Source: Octopus vulgaris (Eukaryota). From it: DNA of 64,000 nucleotides. The DNA lies in NCBI GenBank assembly GCA_951406725.2, contig OX597814.1, positions 183,954,001 through 184,018,000 of the forward strand, written 5' to 3'. Of this stretch, positions 12,142 to 25,279 are shown piece after piece (positions within the stretch are counted from its first letter, which is position 1; each line of letters opens with the position of its first letter). Made by a program: the position numbers and the translations under genes. The notes under the pieces were generated by a model that was not told the DNA's origin, ran no database searches, and saw only the letters and a list, made by a program, of their open reading frames with translations.

Positions 12142-12501
12142 TACGGTCTCTTTTTTTAGGATGCCTTTCATCAGCCAATCCTACCTATTTTTTCCATCAA
12201 TTTCTGTTGTGGCTACATGGAATTAATTGTGTCGTCCCTTGTTGCGTAATTCTTCTTCATGTGCTTTTTTGCACTTCTTCCTTTGTTTCCCTGTTTTGTC
12301 TGCCCTCAATACTCCCGCTAACTGTCACTAGCAAAGTTTCCTTATTTTGGGCTAGGTATCTCATTAAGCCTTCGAATTCAATACGCACGCAGTCTTGCAC
12401 ATTTATCCGTCCACTTCCTCCATTTGATCTCTTCATGTATAGACGATCAGTGTCTGCACGTGGATGATGGGCTCCATGCATCGGTATGAGCTCTCTTGAC
12501 T

Positions 12502-12771
12502 TATTATTATTAATGTCATTTACTTTTAATCTGTATGTTTGATGCAATCACTTGCCGGGGCACACCCAGCGCCCTAGGGCAAGTGAAGGTTAAGAGTTGT
12601 TGAAATATAGCCGAAAGCTTGGGCAGGGGAAGTTGAGAAATATCTCCATGTAATACAACCAAACATTTACATTGATAGGGTTTTTCTAAGGATGTGGGCA
12701 GTACTTGTTAGCACAATCTTTTGGATTTCCTTGAGACATGGTTCTTCAGGGATATTGTCTAGGTGTTTCTG

Positions 12772-12772
<1 letters not shown>
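12502..12772 (-). mobile_element. 3' end of a second R4/Dong-like LINE
   Basis: QKHLDNIPEEPCLKEIQKIVLTSTAHILRKTLSM*, 3' UTR, (TAA)n tail. Confidence 0.8.
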
Positions 12773-12805
<33 letters not shown>

Positions 12806-12893
12806 CCACCACCATCACCACCACCATCATCACCACCATCACCACCATCATCACCACCATCATCACCACCATCATCACCACCACCATCATCAC

Positions 12894-12928
<35 letters not shown>

Positions 12929-13010
12929 CCATCACCACCACCACCACCACCACCACCACCACCACCACCACCACCACCACCACCACCACCACCACCATCA
13001 CCATCACCAC

Positions 13011-13054
<44 letters not shown>

Positions 13055-13144
13055 CCATCACCATCACCATCACCATCATCAACATCACCATCACCATCAT
13101 CATCATCATCATCATCATCATCATTATTATTATTATTATTATTA
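12772..13144. repeat. (CAT/CAC)n then (TTA)n microsatellite
   Basis: Direct reading; source of the poly-His ORF. Confidence 0.95.
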
Positions 13145-13146
13145 AG

Positions 13147-13833
13147 TTACTCAAATGGATCAGGTCATTTGAATATCTTGGAGGTATAAAGTTTAAACGT
13201 ACTCTTGATGACGAAATCTATATTAGAATATCTAAGACTACAAGTGCTTTCGGAAAACTCTTCCAACGTTTATGGAATTAATACGATTTCTGTTTGAAAA
13301 TTAAAATAAGTGTAAACAAATCTTGTATGTGCAGAATCATGGAGTCGCTACTACAGACTTATAAAGATACTGGAAACCTTTCACATGTACCGTGTTACGC
13401 AGTTGATATCTTCAGTATCAAAGTCATGCTGTTGAGAATTCAATGTAGATGGGCTGGACAAGTTTATCGAATGCAAGATGATTGCATTCCGCATATTGTT
13501 TTGTATGACCAATATGTAGGAGTATTCAGCGGTAAAGGAAAACCTGTCTTTAGGTATAAATATACGTTGAAGTAATGACTAAAATCACAAGTGCTTAATT
13601 TAACGTCTAGGGAAGGTTATTGCCTGGATCGATCTGAATGGCGTTAAATGTGTCATGACGCAACTAAACTATTTGAGCTGAAGAAACAGAAGAATAAGAG
13701 AATTTTATCCAGAAGTTAAAAGACACGTTTGTAAAGTTTCTGGCTAAATCAAAAGCATAAATGTCTCCATTTTGACTTCATAGCGAGTTCCGTACCTGGA
13801 TGCAATTTACATTCACGCATCCACCGCAAATAG
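13147..13833 (+). pseudogene. RTE-clade LINE fragment (RT C-terminal half)
   Basis: FEYLGG..TLDDEIYIRISKTTSAFGKLFQRLWN and IKVMLLRIQCRWAGQVYRMQDDCIPHIVLY..GKPVFRYKYTLK match RTE/BovB motifs (FTYLGS..IDDEI..RIAKAS.AFGRL; QLRWAGHV.RM...RIPK). Confidence 0.85.
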
Positions 13834-13869
13834 GATGCGATCTCTTTTATTTTTAATTCTTTCCTCCAA

Positions 13870-14210
13870 AGTTCTCCATTGTGGAGAAATCTGCTTGGTA
13901 GTCTACTATGAATAGAGTTATCCTGAATTGCCATTATTAAAACCTACAATTTCTGCCTTTAAGCATGAACTACACAAACACTGAGTGTTCTCTCTTTTTT
14001 TTTTTATCTATATCTGCTTCCCTTCGTTTGAGATACTGACAATGGCGTAGGAGTGGCTGTGTGGTAAGTAGCTTGCTTACTAACCACATGGTTTCGGGTT
14101 CAGTCCCACTGCGTGGCACCTTGACCAAGTGTCTTCTACTATAGACCAAAGCCTTGTGAGTGGATTTGGTAGACGGCAACTGAAAGAAGCCCGTTGTATA
14201 TATGTATATG

Positions 14211-14241
<31 letters not shown>

Positions 14242-15385
14242 TTGTATGTCTGTGATTGTCCCCCCAACATCACTTGACAACTGATGCTGGTGTGTTTACG
14301 TCCCCGTAACTTAGCGATTCGGCAAAAGAGACTGATAAAATAAGTACTAGGATTACAAAGAATAAGTCCTGGAGTCGATTTGGTCGACTAAAGGTGGTGT
14401 TCCAGCATGGCCACAGTAAAATTACTGAAACAAGTAAAAAATAAAATGGAGCAGTTTCCCTTGCCATTTGTTTCTAAGCTTCCTCAGGCCTTCTTTAGCT
14501 TACAGGTTGTGTTTTGTTGATTATGCTGGTACTGCAGTTTCGATGATTTACATCTCACTTTAGTTCTCTTTTATACTTCTGTGCCTCTTTAATAACAGAA
14601 AGTATCATGTTATCCCCTTCATGTTGATTTACTAGCTCTAACATGCGGTCGAAGTTATTCTGAATTTATGAATTAAGTCCTATTTTGGTGACCTCGTAGG
14701 ATAATTGTTGATGGCTCAGGCCCCCTACCACTCTCTTTAAGGGGAACGTTGATTCTATGACCATCAGATCTTGGATGATGCATTTTGTTTGCGTTTATTA
14801 GTTTTCTCGATTTGGTGTCCATTCGTCGAAGTTCATTTACATTCTGTTAATTAATTTATTACTGTACTGTGCCACTGGGATACCAAGTGAATTAATGGTT
14901 TGAATCCTATTCTGGGAATTCAGTTTCGTTTTGACAATCAGCCTTATTCTCCTATAATATTCTCTCCTGATTTATTCCTTCATGGTGATGTGTAGCATCC
15001 CTTTTCCTTCATTGATTCTCAGATATTTGTATGCTCCATTTTAGTCTCATTCTCTGATAGCAGTGTTGTCATTTAGCGTAATGAACGATGTAGAAATGAG
15101 TTTTTCCTGTTTAACTATTGCTATGGTACAATTAAAGCCAAATACCATATTAATAGTGTCACTAAAACTTTACACAGTTGTTAGTACTCCCGCCAGATCA
15201 ATATTATTTTTGTATATGCCTTGAGGTCATCCGTATAAAAGAGGTGTGAGATGGTTCTATCAAAGATTTTGTAACCATATTATGTACGGTTCAAGTCATG
15301 TGAAGTACGTGTGCTAAACAAAAGGTTATGGGGGCAATGAGTCTCTTTGAAATACATTTTGGTTAATCGTGATACTGCCAGATGT
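13870..15385 (-). pseudogene. R4/Dong-like reverse transcriptase fragment, interrupted by SINE A
   Basis: NVFQRDSLPP; ISHLFYTDDLKAY (YxDD); AYKYLRINE; EYYRRIRLIVKTKLNSQNRIQTINS; MHHPRSD; WQGKLLH/QYLKR..LKAE..AIQDNS. Confidence 0.85.
14044..14445 (+). mobile_element. SINE family A
   Basis: ggcgtaggagtggctgtgtggtaagtagc...actgaaacaagtaaaa. Confidence 0.9.
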
Positions 15386-17467
15386 ACTTATATCTTTAGT
15401 ATGATTGAGGTACAATTTTGTCTATCACATTCGCATACTTTAGCGAAATACTATAACCCCGACACTCAAGCAATTTTGTCAGTCGACCACCCTCAATATT
15501 TGCACCTAATTTAGGCACAAGGGCTGGAATTCTGAGAAGAGTGTTTGCCGGTTACATCGACCTCCGTACATGTCAGGCGCTTTAATAATACCGAAAGTAC
15601 ATCCCAGTGGATTCAGAACGTTAAGAGACAGGTCTACAAACCCACAAGGCATTTTATTCTAAGATTTTGCCAATCGACCACTTTCCGGAGTTAAATCGTT
15701 AAGAGCGGGAATGATATATCAATAATCAAATAGACTAAAGGAAACTACACATTGGAAAATAGGCTTAAGCGCCATTTCGGAAATAAAGTTCCTTGAGACA
15801 GCAGAAATGTCGTATTTTCATACTTTGTCCAAATATGAAGAAAATAAGAAAAAAACCCAATGAAATTAAGGAAGCCAATATGTAAACAGGTCTCAAAAAT
15901 AATTATCACATTTAAGATTGTCAACTTCAACTTTATTTCACACTCACTCTCTCAAGATAACTAAAATTAAACTGTATACGCATAAATTTACTTTCAAATG
16001 CAATTCTGGTTATCTTCTAGCCGTGGAGTCATAATCAGAAACTGTGGTGTTTAAGAGCTTCAAGTTTTTACAAAATATATATTAATCCAGTCGACTAGCA
16101 TTAAAAAAATGTTAGGCACATTCTCACGAACATTTCACGTCTTTGAAATAAATAATATGAATTTCATGGCCTGTATATTCTAAGTGCCGATATATCGAGT
16201 ATCTTGCTTTTTACGCATTTTCACTGCGCAGCTTTTACATATTTTTTTTGTCTTCTGTAGTAAATTGCGTATCTCCGGAACTTTCATCTCGCAGCTGCAG
16301 TCTCTCGCTCGTCTTCTTAAATTCTAAAAGCATGTCCTGTTCAGGAAATAATTAAAGCAGAGATGTGAGTATAAGGTGAATGCATGGTGAAAATATTACG
16401 ACAGCCTATATCGATATGTTTAATATCCACACAACGTAACACTCAGTGACCTTTTATTTTATTCAAAAGAAGACTCTGGGTAGAATATACTCTTAAAAGA
16501 GAAGAAAAAGAAAGAAAATGCATTTCGAAATTATGTTAAAAGTCATTCAAGTAAGTAGAAATGAGTAAGTGGAGAAAAATCAACTTGACAGTTAAGATAT
16601 TTCTACAAAACCATGTAATTAGTTATAACTGATAGAATGCTAATAGTGGCTTTAATAGTGGTCTTCTGGAAGGCTGCCTTCAATATTCAATTATGATGCA
16701 ACATTTTCAATAATATTTTTGAGAATGGTACGTAAATATCAACGCCTCCAGTCATTGCTATTATAAACTTTTCCTCATTTGTCAGTATTAGAAATCTATG
16801 AGACAGTACTTTGATTAGTGATTATTGCAAGAAACCAAATTCTTCATATGTAATATTCGCATATATTTATTTAATAAGTATTATCTTTAAAATTTAAAAT
16901 CAGAAACTAAGTATGTACATGTGGTTATGTACCAGAACGTCCAACACAACTCTAGATGAGGGTAAATGAGAAGAACAAGTGATTGCGCTTGTCAGTAATA
17001 GCTTTCTTGAATTGATCAGTTATTTGTCGAAACTAAAATTGTTACTGAAAGCATCCTTAGCGTAATTTGGAATTAACGTAAAGTTAAAACACTACTCTTT
17101 TACTTGTTTTTGTCATTTGACTGCGGCCATGCTCGAGCACCGCCTTTAGTCGAGCAGATCGACCCCAGGACTTATTCTTTGTAAGTCTAGCACTTATTCT
17201 ATCGGATTGTTTTGTCGAACCGCTATATTACGGGGGCGTAAACACAGCAGCATCGGTTCTGAAGCGATGTTGGGGGAACAAACACAGGCACACAAACACA
17301 CACATATATATACATATACATATATACGACAGGCTTCTTTCCGTTTCCGTCTACCAAATCCTTTCACAAGACTTTGGTCGGCCCGAGGCTATAGTAGAGG
17401 ACACTTGCCCAATGTGTCACACAATGGGACTGAAGCTGGAACCATGTGGTTCGTAAGCAAGCTACTT

Positions 17468-19526
17468 TATTTCATTAAATTTGTCATGAAGACTGTACAA
17501 AGACTGTGTAGCTGTGCGGGCTGGACAAACACATTAATGAATGAAAATGAAATAGAATGAATAAATGAGAGACGAAACCCAACACCCTCCGATTGGATTT
17601 TTCTCGAAAACATATTTTCTTGTTTTTTTAAAAATCAATATGAGGTTTCAAACCTCTTACAAGAAGGAGGCACTAAAACCTCTTACTTGACATGTTTTTT
17701 TTAAACACACAATTGAGGTTATAAACCACTACAAATAATACAATAAGATGAGGCTTCAAACCCTATAACGAGGGTCTTTCACCTCCTACTCTTCGATATA
17801 TCTTTCGATATATTCATCATTATCTTCAATGCCGCTTGAGTTCCTGTATGCCGCCATTTCCCATGCCTCACTCATGTAGGACATGTAAGTCGTGTAAGAG
17901 CCACCCGGCCATATGCGACACTCCTCCCCAAATCCTTTAAGCCTTTCCCACAAGGGGAATCTTAGGACCTCCACAGCTATCTGCGGAGGCCATTTGGGAT
18001 CCCGTGTGAAGGGCATATCTACTGTCTCTTTATGTTCTTCTACTATTTTTCCACCTCCCCGCCCTTATAGAAAAAGATAATTAATTGATCATCTTTAAGG
18101 GTGGGGGTGGTTTATTCCACCGTGGGTGGCACAACTTCGGGACATGCAGACGGCACATCATCTCCCGGCTGAGATGACCCATTCTTCTTCCTTCTTTTTT
18201 TCCTTTTTTTCCTTTTCTTCCTGATTTCGGGAGAGTGGAGCTCTTCCGCTTTGTCTGGAGACTCTCCCCCGCCTCCCGAAGCCTTAGGTTCCTTCGGCGG
18301 GCAACTATTGTTGCCCGCCTTCTTCCTTTTTAATCCTTTTTGAGTTGAGGAGGCTGAAGCCTCCTCGACCACATCCACCACTCCCCTTGACCGGGTAGGG
18401 GAGGTGGCATCTAGTGACTGTTCCAGGACCTTACCATTGTCCTGGGGGCAGTTCCTTTTAATGTGGTCTGGCTGCAAGCACGAGTGACACTTGGGGGGAC
18501 GTCCCTCAAGTATCACTTGATACCTGCAGCTAGCCATTTTCAAGAAATCTGGAAAAACCAGATCTGTTGCGGTCGATAGAGTCCACAGGGTCAAAATCGC
18601 TTTTGACCCTTCCCAATCGACCGCCGGCAATATCCTTACATTTAAGAGCCTGGGCCCGCCATCCCCCAGTCCCCGTCAGATGGTATCTTCAATCCAATCC
18701 GCTTCGGTGCCTGTGGGTAACCCACATACCCAGGCTCGTATTAATTTTCTTCCAGAATATAACGGAAGGAACAGAATTTCCTTGCCTTATAAAGGCTGAC
18801 TCGCAAACTGGCGAGCATTTTCCCCGTTGTCAAACAGCAACCATACGGTTGCATGTTTGACACCAGGAGATATATATTTTAAAAAGGACAAATATTCTTT
18901 AAGTTCATTTTTTGACTTGTTTTGGGAAGACGGTGATGGAATTAAGAACTTTAGAATAAGTTCTAAGTACCATCGTCTTCTCCTCCATATCTTTTAACCA
19001 CTGCTTAGGCGGGTTAATTTCCCACTCTAAGACAGAATTTTTCTTTTTAAGTTCCTTCTCTGCAATGTCAAAAAACAGTTCAAAAGTTGTTCAAAAGACA
19101 GTCTGCCAAAAAATTAAACCGAATAGAAATAAAACAAAATAAAAGAGGAGGTGAGGAAACTGAAATTAAAGTAATGAAAAGAATGAACCAAAAAGAAAGA
19201 AAAAATAGAAGAAGGGAAAAGTAAAAGAAAAACCTCACAAATGGCACAGACAAGGAATCCTTTGTATAATACTCCAAAAAGGTAATCCAAATGGCTTATT
19301 CTTATTTTTCTGGCGAGATACGCCTACTAGAATTTACAAAAAGAATTTTGAAGCGAAAATTCTCAATTCACCGTTACAGTGATGAGAACCCAGTATTTTG
19401 CTCGCTAAAGCGAGCCATAATTGACAATTTTTCTTTTTGTTTTTTTTTCTATTTACGGAGCCGAAACTCACATCTTCTCACTGTAACAGTCCAGACCAAC
19501 TAGTGTTGTATTCGGGTTAACCGGAA
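17468..19526 (-). mobile_element. ORF1-only (gag-like CCHC) non-autonomous retroelement with 15-bp TSD
   Basis: TSD gtaagcaagctactt; A-rich 3' end; a single decayed ORF1-like frame; no RT motifs seen. Confidence 0.8.
17786..19107 (-). pseudogene. L1/Tx1-type ORF1 (RNA-binding, CCHC zinc knuckle) with in-frame stops
   Basis: MEEKTMVLRTYSK...RKLIRAWVCGLP...FPDFLKMASCRYQVILEGRPPKCHSCLQPDHIKRNCP (CX2CX4HX4C at 18448-18489) then a Lys-rich tail; two internal stops; probable frameshifted continuation 18016-17786. Confidence 0.75.
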
Positions 19527-19879
19527 GTAAGCAAGCTACTTACCACACAGCCACTCCTCCGCCTATAGTTTAACGATATGTTTAACTACTAGTTTAACAT
19601 ATGACATTTTACTACGAATAAATCGTTGTACTCAATATTTTGTGGCATGACAGAAATATTCAATTGCAATTATAGAAAAAAAGCAACTTTTCGAACATTT
19701 AGAAATGCTAATATCGCGTGGAGTTGTCACGATTTCATTACCGACATTCCCCAGGTTACAATGCTGTCAGATACAAAATTTACAAACGTCGTCCTGGCGT
19801 CATCGAAATAATGGTGGATAAATAACTGCTGGATTGGATTGAAAAAGTCAGAATACAAATCTGTTGTTTGGAAGACACC

Positions 19880-19950
19880 TGGCATGTAGCTGACAGAAAG
19901 AAGGTCTTTCTTCCCATATTCACATATTAAATCGACCTAAAAATTTTATC
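19880..19950 (+). pseudogene. Possible remnant of a DNA-transposase motif (Chapaev3-like LPPLHIKLG)
   Basis: VADRKKVFLP / HIK..KNFI across a frameshift; weak. Confidence 0.2.
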
Positions 19951-21070
19951 GGCGGTGTGCGGTATTTTCGTCAATGAGAGGAATATTCTCATACGGTATT
20001 TGATTCAATATTTGCAAAGATCTTTAATCAACTCATGTCTCAGAAGACATTAAAAACCACAACAGGTAGTTTACGTTGTACGGTATTCAAATTTTTGCAT
20101 TTAGATCGATCTGAAATAATTAGTCAGGCACATCCGAAAATTTAAGTTTCAAGCACCCAACAGATCCTCTTCTCTAAAGCATCAACGGATATCATTTCTG
20201 CTATGCTGGAAGCCATTTTACCATTTATTAAGTACGGATGTTGTTCAGTTTGCTAAGACAAATACATAACATTGTTATCACTATATTTAGAGAATAATAT
20301 TATTAATTACATTAAACTGATAAGTATATTATATCTACATTCTGTTTCTTACCATAAAAATTATATTTCTTATCTGGAGTTGAGCAACTTAGACAACGGA
20401 TATGCCCATATCATGCGAGATATTATAGCAATCACGTTAACTACCTTTAATTACATATCCCATTCTAAGCTCCTTATGGGTTAATATTTTAACTTCAACG
20501 AAGACTAAACTACTTATGTGTCGTCTTGTCACAGAAATTTTATACTTTTAAGCTTATAGGCTTTGAAACGCTTTAGAGGAACATTCAACAATACGAACTA
20601 TATTCAACATTTTCTATGAATATCCAGGAAAGAGAATGTAAATGTTTTAGTGTTTCCATAACAGCAGTTAGATGGCTGATACTGTTTAGTAATTAATTGA
20701 CCATACTTTGGAATATATACCATGAAAGTGAAATATATATACTTTGTGGTCCATAATAAGTATCTTACACATTTCCATAAGAAACAGAACTGCACTTATG
20801 AAATAAATATGTCGTTCCGTTCTTTTTAGTCCATCCATTTATCTTTAAGCGATATATATATATAGGGAGAGATAGATATAGATATATGTGTATACTGCTA
20901 TGTATATATCTATCAATCAATCTATCTATCTACCTGTATGAATTCATACACACATGCACACATACGCACAAACAGATAGTTATAAAGACCTACATACATA
21001 ACATATTAAGATATATTCATACCTGTAATGCGTGTTTTAAGAAATACAGTATATACATTGTCCCCACACA

Positions 21071-21126
<56 letters not shown>

Positions 21127-21138
21127 ATATGTATATAA

Positions 21139-21205
<67 letters not shown>

Positions 21206-21269
21206 CATGTATATATGTGTGAGTATATGTGGTATCTTTATGCATGCACACACAACCACCCACAGGGAT

Positions 21270-21310
21270 AGATAGATAGATGGATAGATAGATAGATAGA
21301 TGGATAGATA

Positions 21311-21389
<79 letters not shown>
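21270..21389. repeat. (GATA)n(GA)n microsatellite
   Basis: Direct reading. Confidence 0.95.
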
Positions 21390-21391
<2 letters not shown>

Positions 21392-21761
21392 GTGGAACCG
21401 ATTTTTGTTTTTGTGAAACTATAACATACTTTTTCAAAATATCAGATTCTGACACATCGATTTCTCTTGAACCATCTTTGTCTAAGTTTAGATAGTGTTG
21501 TTCTGGATTCCCAACATATGTTTTTGCCTTCTATCAAGGCGAGTAGATTTGAAATGATCTATGCATCAAAATTTGACGCCAACCGAATGATGCTTACAGG
21601 CGCCAAATTAATTAATGAAAATACTCTTTTAATAGCACAGCAAACCATGGTCCTGCCATACATATGTAAGTCGATGTGCTGTGCGTACAGACGAAGATGT
21701 AAAATGAAAATACAAAAATGGCATAGACAAAAGTGGGGGAAAAAAAGCAATTCCGATTCTG

Positions 21762-21832
21762 TATGAGCAAGGTCAATTTGTAATAATTCATGTCATTGAA
21801 ATGACCTCAACTGTCAATAATTTTTTATTCCT

Positions 21833-21905
<73 letters not shown>

Positions 21906-22652
21906 TGTATGTATGTATGTATGTATGCATGTATAAGATCCACTGAGTGTCTGCAGAGCTCCTAGTATAGCAAGCTATTATAGTCTTATCGAGAGCAATT
22001 ATTAAAATTTTCCTGCAAACCTGACAGAACATTTAGCACTTCGTTCTGGACCACCCGACTTCATTGCTTGTGATGTTCTACAGCAATGCTTTTATTTATT
22101 TAAATGATATTATAGTCTTTAGAAAGAAATATGTTTATCGTGATTTTTATAAAAATACTACACGGGTTATAACAACTAGCCATGTAAGCCAGAAGTTAAA
22201 ACTTGTTATGAAATATTGATCCGGGTCCTAGATCCCGTCTTTTTTTTTCTGTAGTTACCTAACTAAGTACAGTGATGGAACGGGAAAAAATACCGAACAT
22301 AGGTTAATCTTTATTATTTGGGCTACAAGTAGTCTAAATACTCTGTCTACTTTTAAAACTGAAGCTAAAATTGAATGATTATAAATATTCCGTGGTCGTG
22401 AATTTAATTTACTACACAATGATTTGGCTTCTTCATAAAATTGTGTCCTGTCCTTGAAAAGCAGCAATTATTTTTATATTATTGAAGGAAAAGAGTTCTC
22501 ATTAAAGATATATAAAAGCTCTAATGATCAAGTGAGTGTAAACGCACAATAGTCATATATATATATATATATATTTAAAAAAAACATAAAAAATTATAGA
22601 CCGTTCGGGTCATTTCAATGACATGAATTATTACAAATTGACCTTGCTCATA
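21762..22652. mobile_element. Non-autonomous DNA transposon/MITE with perfect 45-bp terminal inverted repeats
   Basis: tatgagcaaggtcaatttgtaataattcatgtcattgaaatgacc (21762-21806) is the exact reverse complement of 22608-22652; no transposase inside. Confidence 0.85.
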
Positions 22653-23764
22653 TCGTAACTTAAATGAAGAATCGTAACTTAGATGATTAGCCAGTAAAGC
22701 AGATATCAAAAAAGAAATAAAGATTATACACGCTTTTATATCTTGATAAATCAGGAAAATATTGTTTTACCAGGATTACTACGTCTTAAATGTGTCATTA
22801 CCTTTACCTTAAGTAAGATACGTGATGTAGCCGAATTGAGAGTAAAAGTTATCTGTTATATGAAAAATAAGCAACACCCGGTGTATTTAGATGCTTCTGT
22901 ATGTAAAGAGTAAAAAGTTATCTCTGAACGGTGATACAATATGAAACGTAATATGTTCCTAAATTGTGCGTTGCAGCTCGACCATTTGGCCTGTATAACT
23001 TGTAAGCTGTATAACTTCTACTGAAAGAAAGTTTACTGCAATGTCAGTAGAGCTCAATTCAAAAAAGATTGACCATAAATTATTATTGTGCGATTGCAAT
23101 TCAAACTAACTGAATTTTGATGATTCCATTAACGGAAATCAGAAACTGCCGGCGTCTCATACACTTCAGAACACTCAGCTTTCTGTACCTATGTCCTTAT
23201 TTGCCTACAAACAACTACTTCTGTCTGCAATTCTAGTATTATGACAAGGTCTGCTTGTTTTCATATATCTTTGACGTGTTTAGTAAATTCATTGTCATAA
23301 AACATAGACATCTTAAACTATTTCAACTAGCCTTAGGAAATTAACTTTAAAGCTAAGTTTATTATTCTTAAACTGTTATCGTCTGTCGAGTAAGGAGAGA
23401 GAATTGCAAATAGCCAAGCTTACCGCTCTATCACTAGCTACATATGAAATTCTGTGTATCTATTTTACCTACCTAATCAATTAACTATATCATTTTGAAA
23501 AGCTTAAGACTTTTCACTAGGGGTATTGAATCATGATATTTTTGATTATGTATGTTTGTGAATACCTGACTTTTATTGTGGTTTTTAGGCGCTAAGATGA
23601 CTAGCGATTTTGTATGGGGGTCTTTAAGTTTCGCTTCGGTGTAGGGATCAGGAATCGCGTTTACTTTCTTGGGAGTGTCATAAATAATCATTATACCAAT
23701 AAGCACATCAACATAATGAGTCTAATGCTCAGTTGATTTGAGCGAACTGTATTTTAAACAATTA

Positions 23765-24000
23765 TCTTATTTCTTTATTGCTCACAAGAGGCTAAACATA
23801 GAGGGGACAAACAAGGACATGCAAAGGGATTAAGTCGATTATATCGAGCCCAGTGCGTAACTGGTACTTAATTTATCGACTCCGAAAGGATGAAAGGCAA
23901 AGTCAACCTCAGCTGAATTTGAACTCAGAACGTAACGGCAGACGAAATAAGGGTATGCATTTCGCCCGGCGTGCTACCGTTTCAGTCAGCTCGCCACCTT
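23765..24000 (-). mobile_element. SINE family B, full length
   Basis: Tail tatttctttattg through head cagctcgccacc. Confidence 0.88.
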
Positions 24001-25279
24001 TTAAAGAATTATCTATTATGTTACTCTATATATCTCTTTTCAGTCTTATTGAATGTGTTGTAAATATTTTTGAGCGGATTGAATTAGGTTTCAGTCACAT
24101 ATGCATAGTAGTCCTTCAGCTGTATATTATCCTTTTACAAAAATTATCCATCAGGATAACTGTATTTTTCAAAAACAAATTAGATTCTGTGCGCTTGTGT
24201 ATGTGTGTATTTTTAATAGACAGATATGAACGAATAATGGAAAATCGATTACTAGTAAACGTAATGCAAATGTCTAATCTAATTTATTTTACTTCATACC
24301 ATTTACAATAAAAATAAATATGGAAAGAAGGAAAAAATTACCACGAACTCCCTTCATCTATATACATCACCATCTAAGCGGACACATGAATCATGTACCT
24401 TCACAAGGTCTACTAAAATTTCATTTAATAAACCGATACACGGAGGCCAAAATTTGATACTAATACATGTCATACCTAGTATAGTGTTTGATTAAACACT
24501 TCGAAGCTCCATGTACATATTATGAGCACACTGATAGTTAAAATCAAGATTTTCACTGATTATTATAAGGATTATTTCGTGCTAACTAAAACATAAATTT
24601 CGCATTTTTAATGAAAATCGTATATAAGGTCGGTAGATTACATTCTAACTCTATGGTACTGTCATTACAGAGAAATTGCGCTTTAAAAAGAAATTGGAGG
24701 AATAAGTGGAATTTCCTGATATCTTTTTTTAATACCAGGTATTTTCTGCTTGGAGTGCAATTGTGAAATATATATCATAAACATTTATTAAGTCTTACAT
24801 TCCCTTCCTCTGTATTTTTATTTACGCATTGATACATCTTAAGGCCATATATATTCATTTTATAATTATTAATAATAAGTGATAGGGAATTTTGTTTAAA
24901 TTGTGAGTGAAATTAAAAGAGAAACCAAACATTTTATTAGAAAGTACATCAAAAATGCGAAATATTTCATCGAGGAAGGCAAATATAATAAAGATAGTAA
25001 AAGTATAAATCGCGTGGAAAAAGGCCCACAGGTAAATGAAACCAAACATACTATAAAAGGTAGTATGGAACGAATGTTAAGAGCCTGGGAAAAACGAAAA
25101 CAAAATTATATTAAAGAGGCAAAATAGTAAAATAAGGAGCATATAAATAAATTAAGACAATAATAAAGAGACAGATATCAAATAAAAGACAAAACATGGC
25201 GGTATATTGATAATATACGAATGGATATATTGACTCATGTACATATAACGCTGCGTATATATATATATATATATATATA

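Larger units (their letters stand above)
10680..12500 (-). mobile_element. 5'-truncated R4/Dong-like LINE (RT thumb, CCHC knuckle, restriction-like endonuclease), interrupted by a SINE and a minisatellite
   Basis: HGAHHPRADTDRLYMKRSNGG; WLMKGILKKET..ILATQDQALATN; PLCRIC..EILAHIRNECSTLA; WDFSIQTD..DLVVVD..IVDVAFP..EKIDKY; KMKKVKTVPIIVG..LLQKVCLFGMARIIRKVL*; ends in (TAA)n. Confidence 0.88.
17093..19563 (-). mobile_element. SINE family A split by a 2.06-kb insertion (SINE parts 17093-17467 and 19527-19563)
   Basis: SINE body stops at gtaagcaagctactt (17453-17467) and resumes after an identical copy (19527-19541). Confidence 0.9.

Noticed and set aside
11652-12467. 271-aa ORF and the recurrent RRASFSFRLPNPLTRLWSARG peptides
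   Set aside because: Antisense read-through of SINE A; the recurrence reflects SINE copy number, not a gene family.
12738-13281. Poly-His and poly-Ile/Thr ORFs
   Set aside because: Translations of a (CAT/CAC)n microsatellite; only the last ~45 codons are real and belong to an RTE fragment.
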